NCBI GenBank assembly: GCA_011109175.1
Contig: RDEW01000061.1
Coordinates: 124,001-188,000 of the forward strand
DNA length: 64,000 nucleotides
Direction: 5' to 3'
Source: Dicyema japonicum
Lineage: Eukaryota; Animalia; Dicyemida
Below, one piece after another: positions 13,201 to 24,832 of the stretch (positions are counted from its first letter, which is position 1; each line of letters begins with the position of its first letter). Below the pieces are notes generated by a model. The model searched no databases, was not told the DNA's origin, and was given only the letters and a program-made list of their open reading frames with translations. Made by a program: the position numbers and the translations under genes.

Positions 13201-14658
13201 ACCATCTGAATTGCTAAAATTTGGCCCTCCAGAACTTGCAGATAAACTCTCAAAATTGCTGAATGACATGATAGAAAACAAGGACTTTTCAGAAATTGGA
13301 AAGGGGATACTAGTACCAGTTCAAAAAGGTAATAAACCCCCTGGGCCAGTTGAAAACCTGCGCCCTGTCATCCTTCTAAACACCTTAAGGAAGATCCTTG
13401 CCCTAATTACTCTTAATCGGATCCAAGAGCCGGTGGACGGGTACTTGGCCCAGAGCCAGAGTGGTTTTAGGACAGGGAGATCAACGGCTGATGTAGTATG
13501 GTGCCATAGATGGCAATGTGCTATTCAACAAAGATTCCGGAGCTCAAAGACTATCCTTGGAATTGATCTGACCAGAGCTTTCGACACTGTCCGTCGGGGA
13601 AAACTCATTGAAGTGCTTGAAAGTTTCCTGGATAAGGACTCGGTTATTCTGATACGGATACTCTTATCAAACACGAGGTTACGAGTGCGTATTGGAAAAT
13701 GTTTGTCACGGGAAATTATTTCAACAGTGGGCACACCCCAAGGAGATTCCCTTTCCCCAGTATTGTTTGCTATATACCTTGAATCGGCTCTGCAAGACCT
13801 CCGGAAGTATTACAACAATGATATTATGGAGATCGTGTATGCCGATGATGTTGACTTTATCTCGACTGACAAAGAAGCACTCTTACGTCTCTTGGAGGTT
13901 GCATCAGGCTGTTTGGCCAAATGGTGTCTATCACTGAATGTTCAGAAAACGGATATTGTTGAAATTAAGCGGATGGAACTACGCAATAGTGAATGTTGGA
14001 GGAAGACCGTAAAGCTTGGCTCTCTTCTCGGAGACTCCGAAGACATTGCAAGAAGAAAATTGTTATCTACGGTTACTATGCAAAAACTTATGAAATGTTG
14101 GATAAGAAAATGCTCGGTCGGGCCATCACTCCGACTCAGGTTGTATGAGGCGTTCGTGAGGCCCATACTAACATACAACTCTGGGACGTGGGGAATTTCG
14201 AAAACGGACGAACAAAACCTTGACTCCTTTCACAGAAGGCAACTTCGGTCTCTCTTGGGACTAAAGTGGCCAATGCGTGTAGGGAGTGAAAATTTATATA
14301 GAAGATGCGGTTCCGGACCTCTGAGCACCATGATCATGAAGGCTCGCTGGAGATTGTTTGGCCATATTCTCAGATTGGAACAAGACACGCCAGCAAACGT
14401 CGTCATGGAAGAATACTTCGATACGTCAGGGGAGAAGTTCAGAGGTCGTCCAAGAATAACTCTTCCGGAAGTCCTTAATGGTGACCTGAGATCAGTAACC
14501 AGACTACTAAAGGACGGTGAAGACCTTAGTAGTCTGCGGCACTTGGCATCGGACAGGAGGGGATGGGATAGGCTAATTAAGAGGATTGTTCAGACGCGGC
14601 ACGAATAGAATTATAGTTTATATGATTCTATGTAGTTGCTTATAATAATAATAATAAT
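10282..14658 (+). mobile_element. Full-length RTE-clade LINE (RTE-A: APE+RT), interrupted by RTE-B
   Basis: ATG at 10310, then APE motifs (TFNARGL, CCLQETK, QIDYIL, SDH). RT in ORF 12701-14608 (GTPQGDSLSP, YADD, RWRLFGHILR, GRPR). (TAA)n tail. TSD AATCCAACACAT(n)GGTT at 10258-10281 and 14659-14678. Two early TAG stops. Confidence 0.92.
10929..12242 (+). mobile_element. 5'-truncated RTE-clade LINE (RTE-B) nested in RTE-A
   Basis: RT and C-terminal RTE motifs, A-rich tail, 14-bp TSD AATACTCAATTCCA (10915-10928, 12243-12256). Confidence 0.92.
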
Positions 14659-15199
14659 AATCCAACACATTTTTGGTTAGCGTCGATGGTGCATCATCTA
14701 TGTACGACGCTCAAAGCCGTTAAAAATATGTTGTGATACGGTCTATGGATCCCTTGGATGGAGTCCAGGGGACGAAACTGTAATAATAATAGATGAAGCA
14801 TTTAGGTTTTTTTCAAAGTTTTTGTTTAATTTCACCTCATTAAATGAAAAATTCCAAAAACAACGATAAAATCAAAATATCTAACCACGTGATCCATACA
14901 TGTTTTTGAAGGTGACCTCATCTTAGCCCTATGTTTCTCCATTTATCCCGCACATGTACGTATATGGTGTAGAATCGGATTATCACAGTTGCACAGGCGC
15001 ATCTTTCTGTTCTTACGAATCTGGTGTTCAAGAAGAGTTGACGAGAAGCATTACTTTCCTTAAGTCCAGTACTCAGTAATTCTTAAATTCCTTATAAAAG
15101 TAGATTCAGTCTTCACGGCCCACGAGGCGCATGCGCAAGAAATGGACGGTTCGATGTACTGCTTCAATGTTACGCATAAAGGTTGCTCGGAACAAATGG

Positions 15200-16570
15200 A
15201 TTATTATTATTATTATTATAAGCACTTATCGCTATGTCATAGGACTTGACAAAGCATGTGCAACACGAGTTAGCAAATCACTGGTTAGTTTCATCCACTT
15301 CCTCCTATTCAAAGCCGCAGCGCGCAAACCAGTCCAGATCCTCTCCACTTGCAAGATGCCGTCCCATTTCTTTGAGGTCCTCGTCGAGAACGACTGCCAG
15401 TGTCGTCCTTGGGCGACCACGGAAACGTGGGGCCTCCAACATGAAGTAATCCTCCATGGCTACGTTCGCGGGGGCATCTAGGTCCAGTCGCAGAATATGG
15501 CCGAAAAGCCTCCATCGTGTATCCAGAATCTCATTAGAAATTTCTGAGGTATTCGTCCTCTTATAAAGAAGATTAGATGACATCCTCGTATCACTTCTTT
15601 CGAACATCATATGCCGTAGTTGGTCTCTATGAAACGCATTAAGCCTCTTCAGTTCATTTCTTGAGCAGGTCCAGGTACCAGCGTTATATATTAGTATGGG
15701 TTTCACTAGCGAGTTGTATAATCGAGTTTTTGTTATAATGTCAAGGCACTTTTTGTGGAGCCAGATGTTCTTTAATCTGGAGAGGGCAGTTTGTGCTAGG
15801 GTTTTCCCTCTTCGTAATTTCTTCATGGTCTCCTAGGAGGGAGCCAAGCTTTTTGCATTTGCGCCAGTACTCCTCCGTCCTTGTTTCATCCCTCTTGAGT
15901 TCAGTTACGTCAGTCTTGTCCGGATTTACTGTTAGGAACCATTCGGCTAGTCTTCCAGACACTTCTTCCATCAAGCAGGTGAGCGGTATTTTGTCATTTG
16001 AAATAAAGTCTACGTCGTCAGCATACGCAATAATGTTTGTCTTTTCACCCATTATCAGTTTTGATTCCCGTAAAGCAGCTTCAAGGTATATGACAAAAAG
16101 TATAGGTGATAATGGGTCTCCCTGTGGAGTGCCAACAGTCGTCTCAAATCGGCGAGACAAGGCTCCCCCGACTCTTACAGTGAGCCAAGTATCAGCTAGG
16201 AAGGTGGTGGCCATTCTGACAGTGGAAGCGTCTAGGAAACTTTCCAAAACCAGTATTAGCCTCAGTCTGTCGACAGAGTCAAGGCCTCGAAATGTCGATA
16301 CCGAGGATGGTTGTAGACATTTTGAACTTTTGAACGGCCGCAGATCTCCACTTGGTGGGACCACAAAACATCGGAAGTAGATCTTCCTTTTCGGAATCCG
16401 CTGTGGTATGGCGACAGAAAAGTATCTAGGCGTCCTTCTATCCTTTGTAATGTTATGCTCGCCAGAATTTTCCGAAGTGAATTCATTAATATGACCGGAC
16501 GGAGGTTCTCAACCTTAGATCTTGGTTTATTCGCCTTCTGTACAGGTATCAGATACCCTCTCCGAGGGTT
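15200..16570 (-). mobile_element. 5'-truncated RTE-clade LINE (RTE-C)
   Basis: ORFs 16262-16576, 15741-16364 and 15305-15826 carry RTE RT motifs. Ends GTGCTTA(TAA)n. Closely similar copy at 43330-44365. Confidence 0.9.
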
Positions 16571-16706
16571 TTTCATATTTTAATTTTGAAATAATATTAA
16601 ATAAATAATTTATATTATTTAAGAGATGATAAAAAATAAATAATTTATAAATTCAAATTTAGAATCAGCTATCTTCGTTGTTGTTAGGAGATACTACCTC
16701 ACTTCA

Positions 16707-17958
16707 ATGAAACTCTTTGAAATAAAAAATAGATTAGTCTCTCATGTCGACAATAACTATAATGTATTACTAAGCCTCTTGATTTAGCACTCTATATAAG
16801 AGCTATATCACGGCTTTAGGTTCTTCACCCTCAGAAAGTGTTGGACCTACTCACCAGACTTAAGAAGGCGGAGACAACTAAATCCGAACTAGAGGTAATT
16901 ACAAACCCTTGCTGGGAGCACATTACAGAATAACTGTGCATGCAGCACAGTCTATTATAGCGCTAATTTTTGCTTAAAACAATATCGCGTAACGCTGTCG
17001 TATTATTGATTATTTGCGTAATTATTATAATTTTATTGTTATTATCATTAATATTAGTTAATACCGTTTACTAATCTTTATATAGGAAACCCGCCTTGGA
17101 TTTGTCGTTAACAGCATTAGGAAAAACAGCAATGACTCTAACATAGTCAGCATATCCAAATCATTAATAAAACAATGGAAGGATCAATTTTTGCCAAATG
17201 GAAAAAACGAATCAGAGACAACTAAGCTCAAAAATAAAGACAACGATCAAAATTCTTCAAAATCTGTCAAATTGCCATCCAAAAGAGGTAATTTACTTAA
17301 TCGAAATGTAGTTAACGATTCTGATTTAAACCACAAGGAACCAGCAGCTAAACGGAGAATCCAAACGACAGCTGAATTGGTTTCTTCTCTAAATTTTGGA
17401 ACCCCTAAACTCCCCAATTCCGAGATTCTTGATTCTGAAACAAAGTCGATAGTCCCTGATATTCTTAAACCGAAGTCGAGGAAGTATAAAAATTCAGGTG
17501 AACCAATAGCATCTAACAAAAAATTTAACCCAGAATCAAAAAATAAACCAATTCAAGTTAAAGTAAGGCCAAATTTGATTGAAACTCCCGAAAAGAAACC
17601 AATTTTGGTGAAAATAAAACTTCCTGATTTGCAACAAACTGAAAAGTTGCCAAAAGAAGAGAAAAATATAGAAAATGTCAGTTGTTATGAAGAACCTGAA
17701 TCTTCGAAATTGTCTCCAAGATCTGCATTCCGAAAGAGTATCATTGATAGTCTACCTAAATACGACAGAAATAACTTGCCACCATTATTGTGGATGAGTG
17801 AAGGAGGACGAAAGAATAAGAATGGGAGCTATGACGCGGAAGGGAAGTTAAGGAAATGGACAGAGTGTTACAGAGTTCCTTCATTGGATGGTGATGTGTG
17901 TGTTATTTTGCCGTATTGCAATATGCCTAAGATTCATAAGATTAAATTTACCCGCTGA
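16707..17958 (+). CDS. MED26: Mediator subunit 26; exons 16707-16763, 16820-16894, 17086-17958
   Basis: TFIIS-N/LW domain (IKNRLVSHVD...ELE|ETRLGFVVNSIRK...KSLIKQWK) plus MED26 C-terminal motif NGSYDAEGKLRKWTEC...VILPYC. Both GT-AG introns are phase 0. Confidence 0.85.
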
Positions 17959-18722
17959 GACTTTTATATTGCTTGTGGATAATAAATTATTTGTATTTAT
18001 TCAAATTTCCAATATTTAAAGATAGGGGTAAATAATAAATTAAATGAATCAAGCTCCCAACTCGCCACCTCCATTTTCTGGTTTGAAGTCAGACTTTTTC
18101 AGATCATCAGTCTTCGCTTTCTCTGTCAGATAAGGTCATACGTATATGTCAAAGAATCCTTTCTTAGATGCCGTTAAGTAATTCTTCCTGACGATATCTT
18201 GTGGCATTCTTGAGTTTGTTCTTAAAGTGTGATAGATAATAAAAGAAAATTTAAAAAGAATTTTTCCTATCCATTCGTTATTCTTGACAGTAACATCTCA
18301 AGATCGCCTAAAACAGGCAGTAATAGAAAAATGTCACAAGTCCGACCTTTTTGTGAGCTTTCGCTTCTTTACGATTGTCAAGTAAAGATTATCCCCTGAG
18401 ATGGAATTGTCTCGAAATGCTTCAAAACTGAATAAGTTATCTATTGAAGGAACATCCAGCAGTTATTAAAAAGGACTCTCGAAAACATGCTAATTGAACA
18501 CAAACACGGGATGAAGGTTTCTGATGAAGAGTACAAATCTGCTACTCTCAACTTGTGGAACTGACATCCATTGAACTCTAACAAAGATATTTCGACTAAC
18601 TCTGACATGGAAATGGAATAAGAGTGAGTAGGTAGCACAAACTTCTTCTAAGAGAAGGATAATCATCGATCTGGAATAAAATCCACTTAATTAGATAATT
18701 TAATCGTTTTACTTTGCAAATA

Positions 18723-20310
18723 CAGTAAAGTCTATCGAATCCGCCAATTTCGGGGATCGGCAAAATCTGGCGGATTCGAGAGACTTATTGCTTTTTTCAT
18801 CATTAATAATGTAAATAAAAAAATTATTTATAAGCAAAAAATCAGTAAGTTTTGACTTGTTTTTTTAGAATTCGATCATTTAAATCCATGCTTTTCAATA
18901 GACTCAAGATTCTCGACATTAAAGAATTTTGATTATAGAATTCTTTTTAATTTATTTAAGGCTAGAAAAGCCTCGCTAATAGTTACACTTTCTGTCTTTC
19001 TTCAAGGTTCTACTATCAATTTCTTGTTCTAGTTTTTCCGAATCATTCAAATCAAGTTCTTCATTTTCATTGTAGTCAATTTCGATGTAAAGTCTCTTTT
19101 CTAAAGGATTACTTATGTTCATTTTGTTCAGAATATATTCGTAATTTTTAATAACAGGGTTTTCATAATTTATGTTTTCAATGTTTTAAATCCATTTTGC
19201 GTGAGTGAAGTATTTGAATATTAAAAATTCTCTATCTTGTTCCAAGCATAATTGTGAATAATATTGCATCTTTTAAAATAATTTTTTGTATGCAAAATAG
19301 GGATTTATCCTGATCCAGTGGTTGCAAAAACGACGTTGTATTCGCTGGTAGAAATATTATTTCAATTTGGTTCAATTAAAACCTAATGTAAATGTTATGA
19401 AATTCACCTTATGTGAAGGACATTTATCTACAACAAGCAAATTTTTCTAGGATTTTTAAACATCCAAATTAGTAAGGGTGTTCATTTATCTCTACCGTCC
19501 ACATTTGTACATAACATGACTGAAACTCTGTTTTTCAATAATTTTATAACCTGATTTAAGGTTTTTACAAACACTTTTGGACGGTATCATTTTGTAAAAT
19601 AAACCAGTTTTGCATTATAAACATTTTGAGCTCCGTAGAGATTGATTTTATTTTTGATTAAATCAATAAAATCTGATACCACATTAGGATCAAAGTTTAA
19701 AGTTGCAGATTCTCCATGCATATTTCGTAACTTCAAACCATTCCTTTTTTTTAATTTAACAAGCCATTCCTTGCTTCTTTTGAAATCAATGATCCCTCGT
19801 TTCGATGCAAATGTTTTGGCTTTCTCAGTAATAATTTCATCGTTCAAAATGGCTCCTTTAACATCCATTGAATTAACCCCAGAAATCGTATCATAATCGA
19901 TTTCACTAAACTTTAAATATTCTTTGCGAGAAATGTCAGATCGTAAGTTATTCAACATATTTTATCCTTTTTTTTACTTTGAAGATCATCAATAGATCTA
20001 CGAGAAATAGGTGCATTATATTTTTTGGAAAAAATTCTGAAATTTTTATCAAGGTAATTATTCAATATTCGATTTAATACACTTTAAAATGGCAATTTTT
20101 TGTTTGTTTTTTAATCGTGTACAGTTACGTTTCATAAAAACAACAATAGACAATGACAACGTGTCAATAAGTTATTTAAAAATTATTTAAAATTAAGAGA
20201 TATGGCGGATTCATTAAAAAATCTGGCGGATTCGAGAAATTTTGTTAGAAAAAATGGCGGATTAGAGAATTTATTAGTTTATTATTGGCGAATTCAAAAA
20301 GACTTTACTG
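18723..20310 (-). mobile_element. pogo/Tigger (CENP-B-like) DNA transposon, defective
   Basis: TIRs CAGTAAAGTCT..GAATCCGCCAAT and ATTGGCGAATTC..AGACTTTACTG, flanked by TA TSD. Transposase remnant FKRSKEWLVKLKKRNGL...HGES...NVYNA. Subterminal GGCGGATT repeats. Confidence 0.9.
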
Positions 20311-20699
20311 TAATTTAATTTACATTGATAGTAATTTTGTAGTGAGTTGAAATGTTGACATTCTTTTTAATCTCGTTGTGGTGTTCATGGATAAAAGCTC
20401 AACCTCAAGTAGCTGTTGAAATTCGTTCTTGAACTAGAGCCAAGGCCCATGCCATCAATGTAAGCTATTTCCATAACGTTATCATTTAGAATTGGTACGT
20501 CACCAACACCGACGCATACTTCTCTTGCAACCGACATGTCTAGGGAATCGGATTCTGCAAGAACAGGAGATCCGATGAGCGCTGCTGACTATTTGAGCTA
20601 GGGAATAGCCACGCAGTAAGGACGGCCACTGTATGACCTTAGGCTGACTGTTCATTTTATTTTAAAAGAATTTTATATTGGTTTTAGAACTTTCCAAAA

Positions 20700-21630
20700 C
20701 CGTGAAAAACTAATTTCATATATGAGACGAATAATAATAAAGATTAAGACTCTCTATGAGGTTGCCCACTGTTGCCACAATTTATCAAGACAGGTGTTTC
20801 CAATTCACAAGAGAAGAATCCATGTCATAGTGAACCTTTGAATACTTCAATCAGTTTTCCATCACAAGTTATGGTGGAATCTATTCCAAGAATTGTTGTT
20901 GCACTTATAAATCTCTGAATAACACAATGCCATCCATGGCATCACACTATATCAGTCGTGGACCTCTCGGTTCTAAAATCACTCTGACTTTGAAGCAGAT
21001 ATTTATTTACTGAATCTTGGATTTGATTCATAACATTCAAGGAATGACGTAAAAATTCAATTGGTCCGACATGTTTATTTCCCTTCTAACATGTTTATTT
21101 TCCTAAATATTCAATTGGTCCGAATTATCATTCCATTCAGCAGTAATGCTAGTTTTTCTTAAAGTCCTACTGGACCACGTTTAAATAACTTTAAACTAAT
21201 ACTATCGAGTCTCTGAAACAGCAAATCTTTAAATTTCCTTATTGCCCTGAAGATCTCAGTCATATGTTAATATGTCGGAGATCTGACTTTTCTTCCATCA
21301 CAGTAAACAGAGGTTCAAAGTGAGAAGTTACAAACTCTACTTGTTTGGCAAGTCGAATAATCATAAACATCTTAGAGTTGTTCTTTTGATCTCTGTTATT
21401 ATAGGATCAAGTTTGTTATCGATGCGTTGATTACTTAAGAATTGAATTTTCCTTTTGATTAACTCTCATTAGTTTTTCAACTTATAAATAAATTGTGCAG
21501 AAATTTTTTTAGATAAAACACTTTTGTTATTTTCCATAGTGTTACTGAGGAGCGCAAGAACTGGATGTTATCCTCCTTTTCTGATGGTTCTGGATAGACT
21601 TGTATGACACTGGGAAGTCCTCTGGGAACA
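20700..21630 (-). mobile_element. Highly degraded RTE LINE remnant
   Basis: Minus-strand remnant YLLQSQSDFRTERSTTDIV*CHGW, colinear with RTE-A. Confidence 0.6.
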
Positions 21631-21719
21631 TGAATACATTATGAACTTCTTTTTTTGATGAACCGAAATTAATAAATTTAATTTATTTTATTTATTATAA
21701 GGAAAAAGGAAAAAGAATA

Positions 21720-22360
21720 GTTAATTTTAATTCAGCTGTTGGGAGATGCACAAGCTATTCCCACGGACAACAGCCAACGAGAGCCTCTCCTTGAGCCATC
21801 TCGTCTCACGAAGATCCACCAGTTTTGTCAGTTAGTAGTTTTCCAAATGGTTCAGGAACTTCAGCGTTTTAGGGCCAAAGTTCCCCGAAGTTTCAATCGC
21901 GACAGGTGCGAAAATGTACCTGTCGCTGATATCCGAATATTTAGCATTTTACTTTCCTCTGCTTGAGAAGAAGTCTGCCCGGTGAATATTTTTTTGCTTG
22001 GGGCGAAAGAGCAGACACAGGTCACATCCCATACAAGGTTTCGCCCTCGCTCAAAAGGAAAGGAGGTCATGCCGTCAGGCGTCTTCCGTTGTCAAATAGA
22101 CCAGTCGTTCGATCCGGCAACGGAATCCAGCCGATTCTACTGCCCTCTTAATGATGCCGTTATTGCCGAATGTTCGAGAAGATCTGCCAATTCCGCTCCG
22201 GCATGAGAGGAGGTGGAGACCCAGTTCGTCCGATAGACAGCCACATTTGCACTTCGATTTGGTGCAAACAGGCAATCCGAGGTGTAGACATACAGCTGTA
22301 CGAAGTGAGTCATCATCCAACAATCCACCAACTTCTTGACATGGGTAAACCCCAAGCCAA
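21720..22360 (-). mobile_element. CRE-clade non-LTR element, 3' fragment (zinc finger + RLE endonuclease)
   Basis: LRTAVCLHLGLPVC..CKCG..DELGLHLLSC, PDGMTSFPFERGRNLVWDVTC, terminal AVVRGNS. Confidence 0.8.
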
Positions 22361-22369
22361 TTAAATAAA

Positions 22370-23525
22370 TGTCGTATGTCATAAGAACCCGGGGCGTTGA
22401 TACTGTCCGGGTTTGAAGAGACAAATTTATCACTTGAAAACATTAAACATTAACAACCAAGTTTGTCTCAAGAGAAACAAAATAGAGATAAGTTAAATCC
22501 CCAAGGAAAATAGAAAAGTAAAATCCCGGAGTAAAGTAGAGATGTTAAATCCCCAAGGAAAAGAACCGAGATATAAGGTTACTTTGTAGCAAATCCGAAA
22601 ATATTTAGGTAATGCCATATTATTGAGATATTTATATCTTATAACATTAAACTGATAAGGTTGAATTAAGTAATTCAAATTAAGAATAAAATTTAAAATA
22701 TAAAAGAAAGGATTAAAATATGTGATAAAAATTACAAATAACTCAAATATCGATGATTCAAAGGTTTTTGATGAAGATATAACTCTTTTCTTGCTTAATC
22801 GCTTTATTGACTCAAAATAAAATTTTTAAATTTTTAAAAAGAAATTAAAAATATTAAAAAAAATATTATATAACATTCAAATAACAATTTTCACGCTAAT
22901 CGCTTTATTGACTAAAAAAATTTTTTGTTTTTTGATTGAACAAGGGACCGATCCTTCGACCTCTTCTATTTTCGACCCTTTTCTTGTTTAATCGCTTTAT
23001 TGACTCAAAATAAAATTTTTTGTTTTTTGAGTGAACAAGGGACCGATCCTTCGACCTCTTCTATTTTCGACCCTTTTCTCGTTTAATCGCTTTATTGACT
23101 CAAAATAAAATTTTTTGTTTTTTGAGTGAACAAGGACCGATCCTTCGACCTCTTCTATTTTCGACCCTTTTCTCGTTTAATCGCTTTATTGACTCAAAAT
23201 AAAATTTTTTGTTTTTTGAGTGAACAAGGGACCGATCCTTCGACCTCTTCTATTTTCGACCCTTTTCTCGTTTAATCGCTTTATTGACTCAAAATAAAAT
23301 TTTTTGTTTTTTGAGTGAACAAGGGACCGATCCTTCGACCTCTTCTATTTTCGACCCTTTTCTTGCTTAATCGCTTTATTGACTCAAAATAAAATTTTTT
23401 GTTTTTTGAGGGAACAAGGGACAGATTTTTCGAAGCAAAACTTAGTGATTGTTAATGTTTTCAAGTGATAAATTTGTCTTATCAACCCGGACAGTATCAA
23501 CAGCCCGACGCTATCACATACGACA
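22370..23525. mobile_element. Non-autonomous TIR element (TGT...ACA, 5-bp TSD; Ginger-like) with internal tandem array
   Basis: Imperfect ~80-bp TIRs (TGTCGTATGT...GATACTGTCCGGGTT...ACAAATTTATCACTTGAAAACATTAA, inverted at ~23450-23525). ATAAA duplicated at 22365-22369 and 23526-23530. Confidence 0.8.
22897..23422. repeat. Tandem array of a 95-bp unit, about 5.6 copies
   Basis: Units TAATCGCTTTATTGACTCAAAA...GGGACCGATCCTTCGACC start at 22897, 22989, 23084, 23178, 23273 and 23368. A partial unit lies at ~22795. Confidence 0.95.
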
Positions 23526-23627
23526 ATAAATTATAAAAAAACCTAAACCAAGAAATGATTTAGTTAATTTAATAATTTAAAATTAAATTAATAAAATATT
23601 CATAGTAATAAAAAAGCTATATTACGG

Positions 23628-24308
23628 ATGTGGGGGAGGAGAATGGCATCATATGAAGAAAAAGAATCAAATGGTGTTAATCACCGAAAAAGTTCCCAGC
23701 AAAACTACCGTTCATCTTTTTATGTGGTGGAAGAATTTCGTAATCTTTATAATATTGGGCAGTCAATAGTGAAAAATGAACTCGAAAAACTTTCAAATTT
23801 AGAAGGGCAAGTTGTTCTGTTAGACAAAATATTAATTACTGTGCTATTGTTGGCAGACAAGCTGACTTTACGTTACTTGGAGAAGATAATGAATAATATA
23901 GAACAACTTCTCTATAGGCCTGTATCCAAATCTGATATTGAAGATATTGTGACTCTACAGCAGCAAATTACAGCTTATCTTACTTCTACTTGTGACATTT
24001 TTGACCTTCAAGAGGTTGAAGGTCAAGTTTATGAAAAAATTATGCAAAGCTTGAACGGTTTTGAAGATGTCTGTTACTGTCCGAGTTGGAAATCTTTTAT
24101 TTCTCGGTGTGTGAGATTTAATTGGCAAATGAAGATATGGAATCGATCTCTTATGTACACATATTCTGATTGTGAGTTTAATCCTGTTCTCCACGTGCGA
24201 CATTCGAGGGGAGATAAGAGCAAGACTGCTATAAAATATTTTATCTGGCCAGCTCTGGTGGATTCTAAAAACACAAAGACTGTTGCAACTGGAGTTGTGT
24301 TAACATGA
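23628..24308 (+). CDS. Mitochondria-eating protein (MIEAP/SPATA18) C-terminal-domain protein
   Basis: Intact 226-aa ORF ending CVRFNWQM...FNPVLHVR...IKYFIWPALVD...VATGVVLT, resembling the MIEAP C-terminal domain. Confidence 0.7.
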   Translation: MWGRRMASYEEKESNGVNHRKSSQQNYRSSFYVVEEFRNLYNIGQSIVKNELEKLSNLEGQVVLLDKILITVLLLADKLTLRYLEKIMNNIEQLLYRPVSKSDIEDIVTLQQQITAYLTSTCDIFDLQEVEGQVYEKIMQSLNGFEDVCYCPSWKSFISRCVRFNWQMKIWNRSLMYTYSDCEFNPVLHVRHSRGDKSKTAIKYFIWPALVDSKNTKTVATGVVLT

Positions 24309-24832
24309 TATGTAAAATGACAATTTATTGATAAGTATTTCAGGTTGGAATTATTTGGCTTGATGTGGTGTCTTGACTGTTTTTGAGAATTTTCAATTTA
24401 AGTGAGTTATAGTAAGTCAAACACTTAAAAGTTATCATATAAAGCTTAAACGAGAGCCTAAAAAAGAGTCCGTTGGTAGATGATATTCGGATTGATTTTC
24501 TGGTTTTATAATCCGTGAACCAATCGTTGAAGTATTTTCTTTATTTCAGCGAAAGGCCTACATGATTTGATTTATAGATCAACCTTACTGAGGAGACGCC
24601 CAATGCCTGGCCGGAATCAAGAGGATCCAACTATTCTTTATCTGGGTGACAATGTCGTTACCTGGAGACAAGTTCTGGAGCACAGGAACGAGTCAGGATC
24701 AAGGAGTTAGTTTGTTTACACTTGGTCTTTGGAATTTTTTTAATTTAATGCTTGACATACACGACATCACGTAAATTTTTTTAAAACTATTTCATAAAAG
24801 TAAAATCTTATTAAGAAATTAATCGATTCTGG

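Noticed and set aside
12886-16380. Long antisense ORFs over RT regions (e.g. 12886-13281, 15793-16380)
   Set aside because: Shadow ORFs of retroelement coding strands.
20575-20630. Motif GGAATAGCCACGCAGT shared with ~31178-31195, considered as a ribozyme or ncRNA
   Set aside because: Short match amid decayed TE sequence; no ribozyme fold could be built.
22897-23422. CRISPR-like array
   Set aside because: Units are near-identical along their whole length, with no unique spacers and no cas genes; eukaryotic context.
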